DNA of 64,000 bases from Lytechinus pictus. Its lineage: Eukaryota. Of this stretch, positions 14,255 through 27,200 are shown in pieces (within the stretch, counting starts at the first letter, position 1; each line of letters starts with the position of its first letter). Below the pieces are notes generated by a model. That model worked only from the letters and a program-made list of their open reading frames with translations, ran no database searches and was not told where the DNA came from. The stretch covers positions 1,302,001-1,366,000 of the forward strand of contig NC_087245.1 of the NCBI RefSeq assembly GCF_037042905.1, given 5' to 3'. The position numbers and the translations under genes are program-made.

Positions 14255-14421
14255 AAAACATCGCAAATGCTAATTGCGCAAGCACAGAAATCGCAGCTCA
14301 ATTTATGAATATTCATGATAGGACTATAGATCTGGATCGTTGCACAGATCTCGATCATGTATAGTGCTATCATGAATATTCATAATTTCCGCGCATGCGC
14401 AATTAGCGTTTGCAATGTTTT
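14255..14421. repeat. Foldback element next to the promoter region
   Basis: aaaacatcgcaaatgctaattgcgca / tgcgcaattagcgtttgcaatgtttt and ttatgaatattcatgatag / ctatcatgaatattcataa. Confidence 0.8.
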
Positions 14422-14479
14422 AATTTAAATTATTACTATCAATAATTTTAATATAGAAATCAGTAAATTATTTACTCAC

Positions 14480-14883
14480 CAAATGGACCTCTTTCGGCTC
14501 TAAACGTCGGACGTCTTCGCTGAGCAGCACACGACTTCATTCGTGTGCGTCAACAGCACACATTTCCAATTCAATCGGGCGATATGTCCGACGCTTGGGA
14601 AAGTACCATATTTGGAAGGGTGTCGAATTTCCCTCCAAGGTGGTTCCCCACGGCGGGAAATTTGACATCCTTCCATTGCAGATTTTCTTGCGATAGATCG
14701 AACGTGTGCAATCTCGGCAGCGATATTTCCGGTTGAAATCACTTCCCCCTTAACGAGACTATTTTGGTCATCGATCTTTTGGAGTCCATAATTAATCTTT
14801 GGAAGTCAAAATCATGGATTTAACCCCTGGAATATTTTTTTGAGCTGCAACCTGGATCTACTGCGTGTGCAATTCTATAGAAG
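14480..14883. promoter_or_regulatory. Putative MCM3AP promoter and first non-coding exon, possibly bidirectional
   Basis: CpG-rich patch with ETS-like ttccgg/acttcc, plus-strand donor aag|gtacat at 14884 and minus-strand donor G|GTGAGT at 14474-14479. Confidence 0.45.
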
Positions 14884-15181
14884 GTACATGTATGTATCTC
14901 ATGCATGCAAGGCAGTGCGGGTCCCTGTAGTTGTGGGGAGGGAGTTGAAGGACAGAGGGTACGCTTTTTGGGAGAGTACTTCTTCAAGATTCAAGAAGTC
15001 ATTTTCGTCAGATATTTGTAACCGTCCAATGTTTGGGGGTTTTACTCTAGATCTATGTATATTCTATCATGGTCATATACTCTGGTTATATTATTTTTAA
15101 GATTAAAAAGGCATATTTGAAACTTTGACGTTTTGCATTTCTAGTTTGTCATAAATATTGTTGGGATGGTTCAAATTACAG

Positions 15182-15335
15182 AAAAAGGAAGCAGTTCGTC
15201 GACTCAGCCAGCAGCATTCCCGTCATGCATCTAGAGCAGGACCTTCTAGTGGACTCCATGATGCTGAAAGGAGGAAGAGTCTAGAGAAGAAACGAAGGTC
15301 AGATGAAGATCACAGTGATCGGATTAGAAAAAGAG
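15182..15335 (+). other. MCM3AP: Probable upstream MCM3AP exon (5' UTR or coding; acceptor at 15145 or 15182)
   Basis: Purine-rich and open in frame; the donor at 15336 is phase-compatible with the exon at 17381. Confidence 0.5.
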
Positions 15336-15648
15336 GTACATACATCAACTTTTTTTTTTTTAAAGGGCATGAAAAATTGATAAAGAGAAGAAAAAGACAT
15401 TCTTTCATCTCACAGAGAAGAATCTGTGCTACTATAAAGTAGATCTAATAGAAATAAATTAATTGCAACCTCATGTTTTAAAGGTGAAACTGTTGTGTGA
15501 TTCCTTTACTCAAACTTACCAGAAAGGGGTTGGGGGCTGGAAAGGTCAATACTTTTCGTGATAGATCCGCCACATAAAAATTCAATATTGTACCAAATTT
15601 TTGACACCCGAGTGCTCTTCTTAGTAATTAATCGGCATTATGTATTAA

Positions 15649-16229
15649 AGGACAAGTCCACCCGAACAAAAGTTGATTTGAATAAAAAGAGAAAAATCCA
15701 ACAAGCATAACACTGAAAATTTCATCAAAATCGGATGTAAAATAAGAAAGTTATGACATTTTAAAGTTTTGCTCAATTTCACAAAACAGTTATATGCACA
15801 TCCTGGCTGGTATGCAAATGAGGAGACTATGATGTCACCCACTCACTATTTCTTTTGTATTTTATTATATGAAATATTCTAATTTTCTCATTGTCAAGTG
15901 ATACAACGATTAATTCCTCCCTGAACATGTGGCATTAGCATTGTTTGATAATATATGTTTCAGTCAAGTTGGTCCTTATGTCAAATCTATAAAAACTTAA
16001 ATATTGTATAATTCAAATAATAAAAAACAAAAGAAATGGTGAGTGATGGACATCATCGACTGATATTCACCTAGTTGTGCATATCACTGTTTTGTGAATA
16101 ATAAGGGAAACTTTAAAATGTCATAACTTTCTTATTTTACATCCGATTTTGATGAAATTTTCAGCACTATGCTTGTTTGATTTTTCTCTATTTATTCAAG
16201 TCAGCATTTTCCTGGGGTGGACTTGACCT
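15649..16229. mobile_element. TTAA-flanked MITE
   Basis: ttaa-aggacaagtccaccc ... gggtggacttgacct-ttaa with long inverted arms; a degenerate relative lies at about 6450-6700. Confidence 0.88.
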
Positions 16230-16659
16230 TTAAGTGCATGTCAGATGGCTCAAATAGCTCAGATATATGTTTTCATGTACAAAGACAATACAAAATGTGT
16301 TTCAGCTAAAATTCATTAATTTGTGATCGTTTTTACTTTCATTTATGGCATTCATATGATTTGATGCTATTTATGACCAAAAAAGTGTCATGTGCAAATT
16401 TTATCCAAAAACAACAATAAAAGTAAAAAAAAAGTAAACAAATAAATAAATATAAAAAAAACGATACAAAAGAAATTGATTTTGGAACCGGAATTTTTTC
16501 AATTTATATTATTGTGAAGAATGTTATGAAGAATATTTTCGCCCAATTTTAGCATTCTAGGGCCTCTATTAAATAATTCGAGCAAAAAGTATGATTTTAT
16601 TAATAATTTTAATGGCATAATAAATTCATATAAAATAAAATATATAAGTTAATTGCAAT

Positions 16660-17143
16660 TTACCTATGCAACCACGTAGATTATTGAATTTAACTCTTCA
16701 TCACTCAAACTCTTGTATTTTTTTAAAATCAAACATGATTATCATGTCATGTACACTTTTCCATCTCTTTCGTTTCCCTGTTGATCAGCGAGGTCCGTCT
16801 GTGAGTGCTGGGGATGGATTCTGGAGACCTTTAATCTCTCTTTTTCTTATTTCTTTTTCTATTTTAATTTCCCCTATTTCCTTTTAATTTAACTGGTTCA
16901 TGCTCAAGTTGTTATTTAGATTTTTATATGCTATGCAACTACAAGAATATTTATTAGGAGGCTGCACTCTACAAGCTCCGCTTTTTAGCAGCCTCCTCCA
17001 TTTCCAACCTGATATGTAATAATCTTGAATACAATTTTTGTACAGGGATACTTGAAATATGTTTTGTTATTTATATGTCAAAATGTACAAAACAAACTGT
17101 AATTGTTGAAAATGGAAATAAACGAAATGAAATGAAATGAAAT
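16660..17143 (+). mobile_element. 3' end of a CR1/L2-type non-LTR retroelement
   Basis: 10-bp stem aggaggctgc/gcagcctcct (16956-16997), then aataaa and a (TGAAA)n tail; the 5' boundary is approximate. Confidence 0.55.
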
Positions 17144-17406
17144 TATGTCATTCTTTTGTCACAATCTAGGGCAGAGGTCTTAGGAGGAGGCCAAAAGCCC
17201 CCCCCCCCCTGGAATTTAGGGTTAGGGAAGTTAGGGTTAATGAGGCTTGAGGTTTAATGACCTAATATCTAGTAGGTTTACCTGTGTAAAACAGAAAAAA
17301 AATGGAAGTCAATATCTAATGCTATTTTACAAAGCATTGCTACCTGAAATGCATCATTTGTTTTATTGTTGTGAATTCAGATCCTGGAAAGCGATTTATC
17401 AGTCCA

Positions 17407-18238
17407 ATGAACAACCCAGACCTGGCTCCAACTACTTCAGTTTCAGACACTTCAAAGGATGGACTGTTTGGAAATTCAAGCAGCATTCCCTCCTCTGTGA
17501 CATCAGATCTTGCCACAGAGGGAAACATTGAATCCATGCCTGGATCTTCTCTTTTTTCTCAAGCATCATCTTCTGGAACTTCCCTGTTTGGTCAAGACTC
17601 CTCCTCCTTTGGGAGTGCACCATCTGGCTTGTTTGGTAAACCAAGTGTCTCCACATCACCTGTGTTTGGATCTCAGTCAAGCACATTTGGATCTTTTGGT
17701 ACAGAACTAAAACCATCCGTCTTTGGACAGGGTATTGATTCCGATTCTTCCATTGAGGATGTAGGAATCAAACAACCCTCCTTCCAGGTAGTATTTGGTT
17801 CTGTTGGTGATGATGAAGCTGGTACTGGTAGAACTGTTGAGGCCCAAGATGCTCCTTTATCAAACCGACGTGTTCTCACCAGAGATTCAGCTTCAAAGGA
17901 GACTACGAGAACCAGTGGTTCCTTTGGACATATATCCCCTTTAAAGAATGAAGGTGTCTTTCAGCAGTCTAGGAGAACCTCTCTCAAGAGAGACCTCTCA
18001 CCTTCCAAACCATCTTCGGTATCTCAGCGTCCGCTTACTTCTCATGATGATGTCTTTGGGTCGGACATATCAGATATGGAAAGCTTTGGATCGGCGCCCT
18101 CAAAGCCGAAGATTGAAAAGGAGAGCATGCAGGGAAGGGCATCAGTCAAGAGGAGTGGTCTGTTTGGCAGGGCCATAGAGGATGCTAGTGGACACAGGGA
18201 GACCAAGAAACAAAGAAATCAAGAAACATCACCAAAAG
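17407..18238 (+). CDS. MCM3AP: GANP first large coding exon, nucleoporin-like FG/Ser-rich region
   Basis: Open frame with repeated GLFG/SLFG/SVFG/PVFG; acceptor ttcag before 17381 and donor gtaag after 18238. Confidence 0.85.
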
Positions 18239-21200
18239 GTAAGAGTATAATGTTTTATCTATTGGTACATATGATACCAACATTAATCTAGCAGTAATTT
18301 AGTTTGGGCGCCGTGGTCTAATGGTTACGACTCTCGTCTATCAATCTGAGGGACATGGGTTCAATTCCCAACAGCGGCGTGTTGTCCTTCAGCAAGAAAT
18401 TTACACACATTCTGATGCATTCAACCCAGGTTAGGTGAATTTGCCCGCGTTAGTGGATTGTTAAATTGGCATCATAACATAGAAAGTTTATGGATCTAGT
18501 TCATGAAAAATAGACATAAGGGTAATCAAGTATGAGTGATTGTTTGCACACATCTTAGGTCACATGATCATGGTCAAAGGCCATGTTGGGTCAATGGACA
18601 TAATATTTTATTATCATATTAGTGATTTCTTTTGTGAATAATTATTTAATAGCTGTTTTCAAAGGCAGCACTGCTGCTATATCGAATTGCGTAATGCAGG
18701 CAATGCTGCATTAAAAATTTTGATTTTGAGGTGCTGCTGGGTTTGTGCACCTGGCCATGTGCACTGGGCTGTGAGCTGTTCTCTATGCTTAAAATCTGTG
18801 CTAAGAAACTGACTCAAATACTACACAAACAGGAATCCATTTGACCCCAATGGCCTTATTTTCCCCATTCTCCCCTATTGGTTTTGCAAGATAAGCTTGA
18901 TTTTATTGCCTTGATTTCAATTGTTCTGCGTAGATATGAAGGGTTTCTTCATGTTTGGATGATAAAATGTTGATAAATTCTTAAATAAAAAAATAAAAAA
19001 TAAAAATAAAACTTCAAAAAATAAATCATCAATCATTTGTACATGTTTCAATGGAAGTGATTTAAATCAATGATTAAAAAAAAAACCATAGTGATTTAAA
19101 TCGCAATTATTTATCAACATCGGCCAACCCTGTGTTCTATGGAAGTGATCTTGATTTTGATAGCCATTTATAATCTGAGCCTTAAATTTCATCATACTGT
19201 AGTTTTTTTTCATGATTAGCAATTTGCTAACTACACTATTTTAAGTTAGTGAAATGGTGCAAGTTGATAGCTGAGAGCAAACCTTGAATATCATAAAGAG
19301 ATAACTTAAGTGTAGTTGATAGCATGCCATTCGAATCTCAAGGGACTCTCCATTTGGACAGTCATTTCTGACCCAAACCATTTTGTTTGCAAGCAATAGC
19401 ATTGTAAAAACCTTTCTCCTTTTTCATTGTTATTCTTGTTTTTTTTTGTTTTTTTGCTTGTCCCATTTCCAGATTCTTTGACAAAGAGGAAAGAGACTTC
19501 AGTGTTTGTGAGTAGCAGAGAAATCAAACATCTGAATACCATCATTGTCAAAGATGTACCAGATGAGCTAAACAATCGAATTTACATCAACAATTTCTTC
19601 TCCATGTTTGGAAAAGTAAAGAAAGTTCTTGTGAACCCTAGGAAGACAATGGCCACAGTATACTTTGAAGACCATGTGAGTTTATTTTTCAATGATATAA
19701 CCAGATAATTCAAAGAGATTTTATCCTCTTGCTCAGCTGATTTCTTCTTTAAATAACATCATCCGTTGATGCATAACTAAAATTATCTAAGAAGCTCTTA
19801 CACTATTGATGAGGATAAAGAAATGATTGAAGATTAAGGAATTCATTTCATAGTTTTATATATTAATACAATATGTATTGATAATAAAAGTCTTGATATT
19901 TGCGTTCCTTTTCTTGTTGTCTCACCCACCAGAGGTGAAGGCGAGACTAAGGGATCCAAATGTCGTCCGTCGTCCGTCCGTCGTCTGTCCGTCACAAACC
20001 TTATGACACATACATGTAACTCCACAACCGTAAGTTGCTTTTCAACCAAACTTGGATGGTAAATGGACTTGGGGGACCTGCATGTCAGGCTTCAGTCGGA
20101 GGTCACATGGTAAGGTCAAAGGTCATTTTCAGGTCAATGATAAAGTTTACATGCAAGACTCTCTTATGACACCTAACTCTGCAACCGTAAGTCACTTTTC
20201 AACCAAACTTGGATGGTAGATGTACTTAGGCGACCTGCATGTTATGCTGCAGTCGGAGGTCAAATGGTAAGGTCACAGGTCATTTTCAAGTCAACATTAA
20301 AGTTTACGTGCAAGGCTCTTATGACAAGTGTTATTCCATCCCAGTCATTTTACAATGAAGTTTTGATACAATTATGTTGCGTGCTCTCGCAAATCACGAT
20401 ATTTCAGGTTATTTTCATAAGTGGGGAGACACAAAATCGCTTTTGCCTTGTTTTACTTTCTAAATTTTTTTGACTGTGTTTATTTTTTCCAGGAATCAGC
20501 TGCGAAAGCAAAGCGTCGTGTCAAAACATTGAAGGATGGAACCAGACCAGTTGCAATATTTTGGACACAGAAAGATAAAGGCAAAGAAAAGAGAAAGAGT
20601 GGTGAGTTTTGTGATTTTGTTAAATTTTCATGGTCATGATATGACTGCATCAATTTAAAGAAAAATGCCTCTTTAAGAGCATTTTCCTAATGTGTATACC
20701 TACATCTGTTGCTTGCTTTGGCCCATTTTACTAGGTCATATACTTAGGTTAATTTCTCTCTCAAATCTCTAGAAAAAAATGAAAAGAAACTTGAAAGCCA
20801 GTCAAGTAGAAGTTTAATTGATGCACTTCTGAGTGAAGGTATTTATCCAGTTAAAGACATCATTGCTATTTTTGTCAATATTCAATTTTCCTAGATGAAA
20901 ATGTACCTCCGTCAACTATTGAGATAAAGAAAGAGACTGAGCCAGTACAGAAGAGAGAAAAGCCTCCTCCTCCTCATTCATCAGTCATTGGTTAGTATAC
21001 AAATATAAATGATTGGTACAGAATAGGCATGTTCAAACAGTGTACTCAGTTTTTAAATTTTGATGATAACTTGGTTTTAATCCAATGTAAATGCACTCAA
21101 AATCTTAACTACAAGATCCATGGGGATTCCCCACTCATAGTTTGAGAAATGTGGACTTGATATTGACAAATTAAAAAGTTAGTTTCACAGTGCAACCTAG

Positions 21201-24200
21201 ACTTAGTTCTACTTGGATCATTGCGGTTGTGTGATAATCAAGTGATATTTTTTGCTTTAAAGTCAAATTTCTCTGAAAACATGTTAGGAATGATCATAGT
21301 TAATAAAGGGGTAGGGTTGTATCAGTGGTGTTTATTGCCAGCATATGAACATAACCATTGGCATGTGACATCCAACAAGGTAAGCCAAATTAAAAAGAAC
21401 TTTCGCTTTCACTGAATGCCAAATTCTATACCACTTCAGGGTTGTACTGTAAACAGCCTTTGATTTTTGCATGTTTCATAACAGTCGGGAAAAATATGAC
21501 TTGCAATGCTCTTACATAAACCAAGGCTTGAATTTAGCGGTAACCTGGAGGCCTGGAGCTTCCAACAGTTTACGTCAGGCAACCACTATTGCAAAATGCT
21601 AAGTTTTGCTAGCGTGAACTAGGCAACCAGTTTTATTTAAGGTGTGCTTCCCCCCCCCATATGCACTCATTTTACCAACTTTTTTCACCAAATTCACATT
21701 TCAAACTTCACAGAAGGTCTGACCATTGTAAAACTGACCACCAAGTAACACAAAAGACACATAAAAATACAATGCGACTGACCATGGAATTGCCATGCAT
21801 GCTTTTAGCACAAAGCACTGAATATGGAGCAATCTTTTTTTTGTTGTCTAATTTATATCAGTAGATTTTATATTGCATTGTAAAGATAAAGATTAATATT
21901 GTTTCTTTTATTTTGGGATTAAGCTGTGCATATGGATGTAGTGATTACTTCAAAATTTCACTTTGTGACAGTCTTATATTTTAGAGTTAAGATTGTGAAG
22001 TCAGCCATGAAAGATATTTGACTTTGTATTCATTGCATGGCAGTACTGATATATCACTCAATAATATATTGAAATATTTCCTTTTCTATTGAACAGGAAG
22101 AAGCATTAAAGGATACCATACTGCCTCTGAGAGATATGAAGCTTTGGAAGAAAGAGATAAACAGAGCAGAAAAGGTAAGACTTAAACAGGATGTATGCTC
22201 ACACCTTGATCACAAATGCACTTGCAGTTTCATATATGGTGTTGGTTTGAATACTTATAACATACAAGGGTTTGTAGATGTCAATATTGATTTCTTGAGT
22301 TTCTCCATTGAAAACATTTAAAGTTTGTGACTGTAATTATTATTTATTATGAATATGAAGTCATTTTTTTTTCTTAATCTACATGTATAGTCATCTGTCT
22401 GAGGCACTGTGTCTAGGAATGATCCGTAGGGAGCAATGTGTCAGTCTACTTATGCTCTTATATGATGCGCTTCTTAAAATCCAGTTATTATTATCATTTC
22501 TTTGAGTAACCTTTACCTTGGGGCCATTTCATAAAGCTGTTCGTAATTTAAGAGTGACTTTAAGAATGACTGGTCAAACTTTCTTACGCACTAGATAATC
22601 ACCAATGAAGATTTAATGGTATCACTTACCACAAGAAAGAATCACCAGTCATTCTTAAAGTCGCTTTTAACTTACAAACAGCTTTATGAAACATTCCCCT
22701 GGGAGATGAAAAGCAAATAGAGGAAATTTTCACAAAATATTTAATGTTTTTTGTTCCTTCAACCCCCATTTTTCTCCTTTCTTACTTCAATTTATAAACT
22801 GCTCAAACCATGGTTATTTGAGATCATAACAGCTTTTCATATGAACTACAAAACAGAGACAAATTATTTCAGGATGGTCCTAGGGGAAGAGACATCCATA
22901 TTTTATGGATTTAGCCCAAGGTCTAATTGGGGATGTGCAAATAGACCACTACACTGGGTTTCTCCTACCCTTATATGTATAGTATGGTGGGTTGTTAACA
23001 TGGAAAGATGGTGAATCTCCTCTACAAAAGCAGAGCTGCCAACTAGCACTGATCTTCAGTATTTAGTACTGAAAAATGAGGAGAATACTGATGGTTTCAT
23101 ACAAAATAATGGTTTTTTAGTATCAGTGTGATGTGTTGTCATTTGTTACTTCTTTGAAAATAATGATTTTCTCACCAAAAGACCGTTCTCCTTTTGGTTT
23201 GCAGCTCTGTAAAATGACCTCCAATTATTAACGTTTGAATGGCAATTGCCAGTCATGTTGCTTTACACGTACTCTAAAATAAACCGTTTGTTCTCTCCTG
23301 CTAACAGCGGTATTTTCATGTTCACAGGTTTTTAACATTTTCTTTTTCTTATAGGATTGACCAAACAGAGTGACCTGGCTACAGCCAAGAAGATGACCGG
23401 TACATGTCCAGACATGTGTTCAGAGAAAGAAAGATACATGAGAGAGGTTCAGAGAAGACTCAGTCCGTATGAGATATTACATGGGGATAAGGTGAGTGAC
23501 CTTTGACCTAAATTCTTATAGTTACAGTTGGATTCACATCGAGTATTACATCTGTAATTTTCATGTACTAGGGAAAGGAACTTTTAGATCCTATATTATG
23601 TCTTTTTAGCATTTTTTCTTCCTTACCTTGTATTTCATTATTGTTGTTGATACATACCATGCGATGTTTGGTTGACCCAGTAGAGAGAATACATGAGATT
23701 CATGCCTCTGCCTACCCTAAGTGATAAATGGAGACCTTTTTTCTGGTTGTCCGTCTGTCAAAGTTTCATTTTATCAATGATATAGCGAAAAAAATAATTG
23801 ATCAATTTCATACTTGGTCCCAGTATGAATATAGGTTTGTGTGACCATGATCTGTTTGGCTATCCATGTCAGAGGTCATATGTCACAAAGGTCATTACAT
23901 TCCTTGAGATATTTATTTTCACTATAACTGATGAAGTGTTTGAAGGATCAACTTCCAACTTTGGTCATGTGTGCATTTGAGAGTGGCTGTGATCTGATTT
24001 GATTTGGGGTAACAAAAGTCAATGGTTACATAGTATGGGTCATCACAATAACTTATAGATCCAATAGATGAATCAGAATTATACAATGTTCATGAACTGG
24101 TATGAGGATGATGATCTTATGAAATAATATTTCAGGTCTGGCATCAGTGGCGTACCTAGGATTTTCCACAGGGGGGCAAATTTGTCCGCCAAAAAAAAAG

Positions 24201-27200
24201 ATCTTCAACGACAAATATAGGATTTCGTACCTGAAAAAAAAATTGACAAGCAAAAAAGCAAAAAAAAAGGTCTTCAAGCTCGTCAGGGGGGGGGGGGGGG
24301 GCAGGGATATGTCCCTTGCTTGGGTTGTGACCCCCCCCCCCCCCCCCCCCCCCCGTAGGTACGCTAGTGTCTGGCATAGGATGAGACATAATTTTTGACT
24401 GGAGAAGTCAAGAATTCATCTAGTTTTCAAACTGAAAAATATATATTTATTGTTGGGGAAACAATTTGTTGCTTGGTTGCAATGATTGATTTTTCCCTGG
24501 TTGGTAAGATTGTCAAGGAATCTTTTATTTTGGTGATAGACTTTATTGCAATGATTAGTCTGACCCTTAATGTATTTCTGTTTACCCATTTATCTTTCAT
24601 GTACAGATTGAGAAAGGAGAGAATCCTCATGTTTGCCATGAGAGGGCGGTAAAGGAATACAGCAGATCATCTGCAGACCAGGTAAAGTAGAATCATGTAT
24701 AGTATAGTAGTAGTGGAATAACATCTACCAGTTTGTGAGCTTCAAAAAGAATTGTATGCTATTACCCAAGCGTAAGCCTTGCAGCCTTTTACAGCACACA
24801 GGCATTTCAAGGAACTGATAAAGTTTGTGACAGTAATTGTGTACATTCACTAGAAATTACAAATATATGAAATTTTTTACATGTATTATCACTACCGAAA
24901 ACAAAGTGTGCATGTGTTGGAAAAACATGTGTATAGGATGTTTATTTTATTTTATCTGGCGCCGCACAGCGGCTGCCGGGCCAACGATTAATTGGGCAAA
25001 GCAAATTTTCAGAGTATTTAATTTTATGTCTATTTCGAACAATAAAATATGGATTATCATATCATATTATCATATTTTGCAGAAATATACTGTTTGGGGG
25101 CTTTCCAAATAATAAATTTGTGTTTTGAAATGCTAGTATTTTTTATTGGTTAATAAATTCTTAGTAGTAGATAATATTTGTTACTCTAATTGATATATAT
25201 GTAGCTGTAACACAATCTTGATACCTTATTCCCTTGATGAACAGGAAGAGCCATTGCCCTCTGAGCTTCGACCTCCGGCTGTTCTTGACCTTACCATGAA
25301 TTATCTAATGAGGGAGATCATGAATAGAGATCCAAGGAGCTGGGCTGACTGGTTTGATTTCTTATGGAACAGAACAAGGAGTATCCGCAAGGAGATTACA
25401 CAACAGCAGCTGTGTGGGACTACAGCTGTTAGTCTAATGGAGAAATGTGCAAGGTATTAAAAAGAACAGAAGATATCTAATGAAATTGAAAGAGAAATCT
25501 ATGTACCCGTGAATGCTGTGGTTCTTAAGATGTATCAAGATTTCAGGTTCAACGTGTAACTGTTTTTAAACTCTAGTGTATAAAACTAGGAATATTCATA
25601 AATTTTCTTGTAATTTATTCTTGTGAAAACATCATGTTTTATTGTAGCACATAGCTTTCAAAAAGTAGAATGTCATGTGAAATGTTTCTTCATTAGGATC
25701 CCATATCACAACCCATAGGGACTGATCTTAGGATTGACTTTACATGTACATTTATGATCAATGCCATAGTAGAACATTCTTCTATGACCTATTGCTATAA
25801 AGTGTTTTGAATTATAATATCAAAATTTGATTTAAATAAGTACACATTATGCTGTTTGATCTCACAAATTTCACAAGATACGAAGGATTTTTATGATTTG
25901 ACCTCGAGTATTATATGAATCTAATTTCAGGTTTCACATTTACTGCTCATATCGACTGTGTGAAGAAGACCACATGGCCTTTGATCCCAAGATCAACAAC
26001 GAGAACTTGACGAAGTGCCTTCAGAGTTTGAAGCAGTTTTACCATGATCTAGCTGATGAGGGTGTGTTTTGTCCTAACGAAGCAGAGTTCAGAGCTTATG
26101 AAGTCTTGCTGAATCTTACCGGTGGAGATATCTTAAGGTCAGTGTGGAGGGTAACTCTTTCTTTTAAGTCAATTCAAAAGTAAGCAATCTACTCTTTTCA
26201 AAATGCATATTTTCTTACTCCTACACTTCCTTTGAAAGATAATTGATTCCCCTTTCTTTCAAATGGGAAAATAGTTTCCCCAATTGTCAATCAAGGATTT
26301 TTGTTAGTTTTTGTCTCGCCTGCATAGCAGAGCGAGACTATAGGCGCCGCTTTTCCGACGGCGGCGGCGACGGCGGCGGCGGCGTCAACATCAAATCTTA
26401 ACCTAAGGTTAAGTTTTTGAAATGACATCATAACTTAAAAAGTATATGGGCCTAGTTAATGAAACTTGGACATAAGGTTAATCAAGTATTACTGAACATC
26501 CTGCTTGAGTTTTAGGTCACATGACCAAGGTCAAAGGTCATTTAGGGTCAATGAACTTAGCCTATGTTGGGGGAACCAATATTGAAATCTTAACCTAGGG
26601 TTAAGTTTTTCAAATGTCATCATAACTTAGAAAGTGTTTGGACCTAGTTCATGAAACTTACACATAAGGGTAGTGAAGTGTTACTGGATATCCTGCCTGA
26701 GTTTTAGGTCACATGACCAAGGTCAAAGGTCATTTAGGGTCAATGACCTTTGGTCATGTTGGTAGGTATTTGTTGAATTTCCATTGTAACTTTGAATTTT
26801 TATGGAGCTAGTTCATAAAACTTAGACATAAGAGTAATCATGTATCACTGAATATCCCGTGCAAGTTTCAGGTCATATGACCTAGGTCAGAGGTCATTGG
26901 GGTCAATGAACTTTGGTCATGTTGGGGGTATGTGTTTAATTTCCATTGTAACTTTGAATTTTTATGGAGGAAGTTCATGAAACTTAGACATAAGAGTAAT
27001 CAAGTATCGCTGAATATCCTGTGCAAGTTTCATGTCACATGAACAAGGTCAAAGGTCATGTAGGATCAGTGAACTTTGGCTTTGTTTTAGGTATCTACAT
27101 TGAAATCTTAACTATATAGTTTATGAAACTTGGATATACAAGTAATTCAATTATACATGTAGCTGTCATCTGGCATGATTTTCAAGTCGAGTAAAGAGTA

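Noticed and set aside
250..14742. Short ORFs in the first 14.7 kb, including 5950-6366 and 12635-13009
   Set aside because: No recognisable domains, most overlap repeats, and no consistent exon chain.
17215..17240. Interstitial telomeric TTAGGG
   Set aside because: Only three interrupted units.
18306..18378. tRNA gene
   Set aside because: A and B boxes are present but the cloverleaf is broken and it runs into a SINE body with no T-run terminator.
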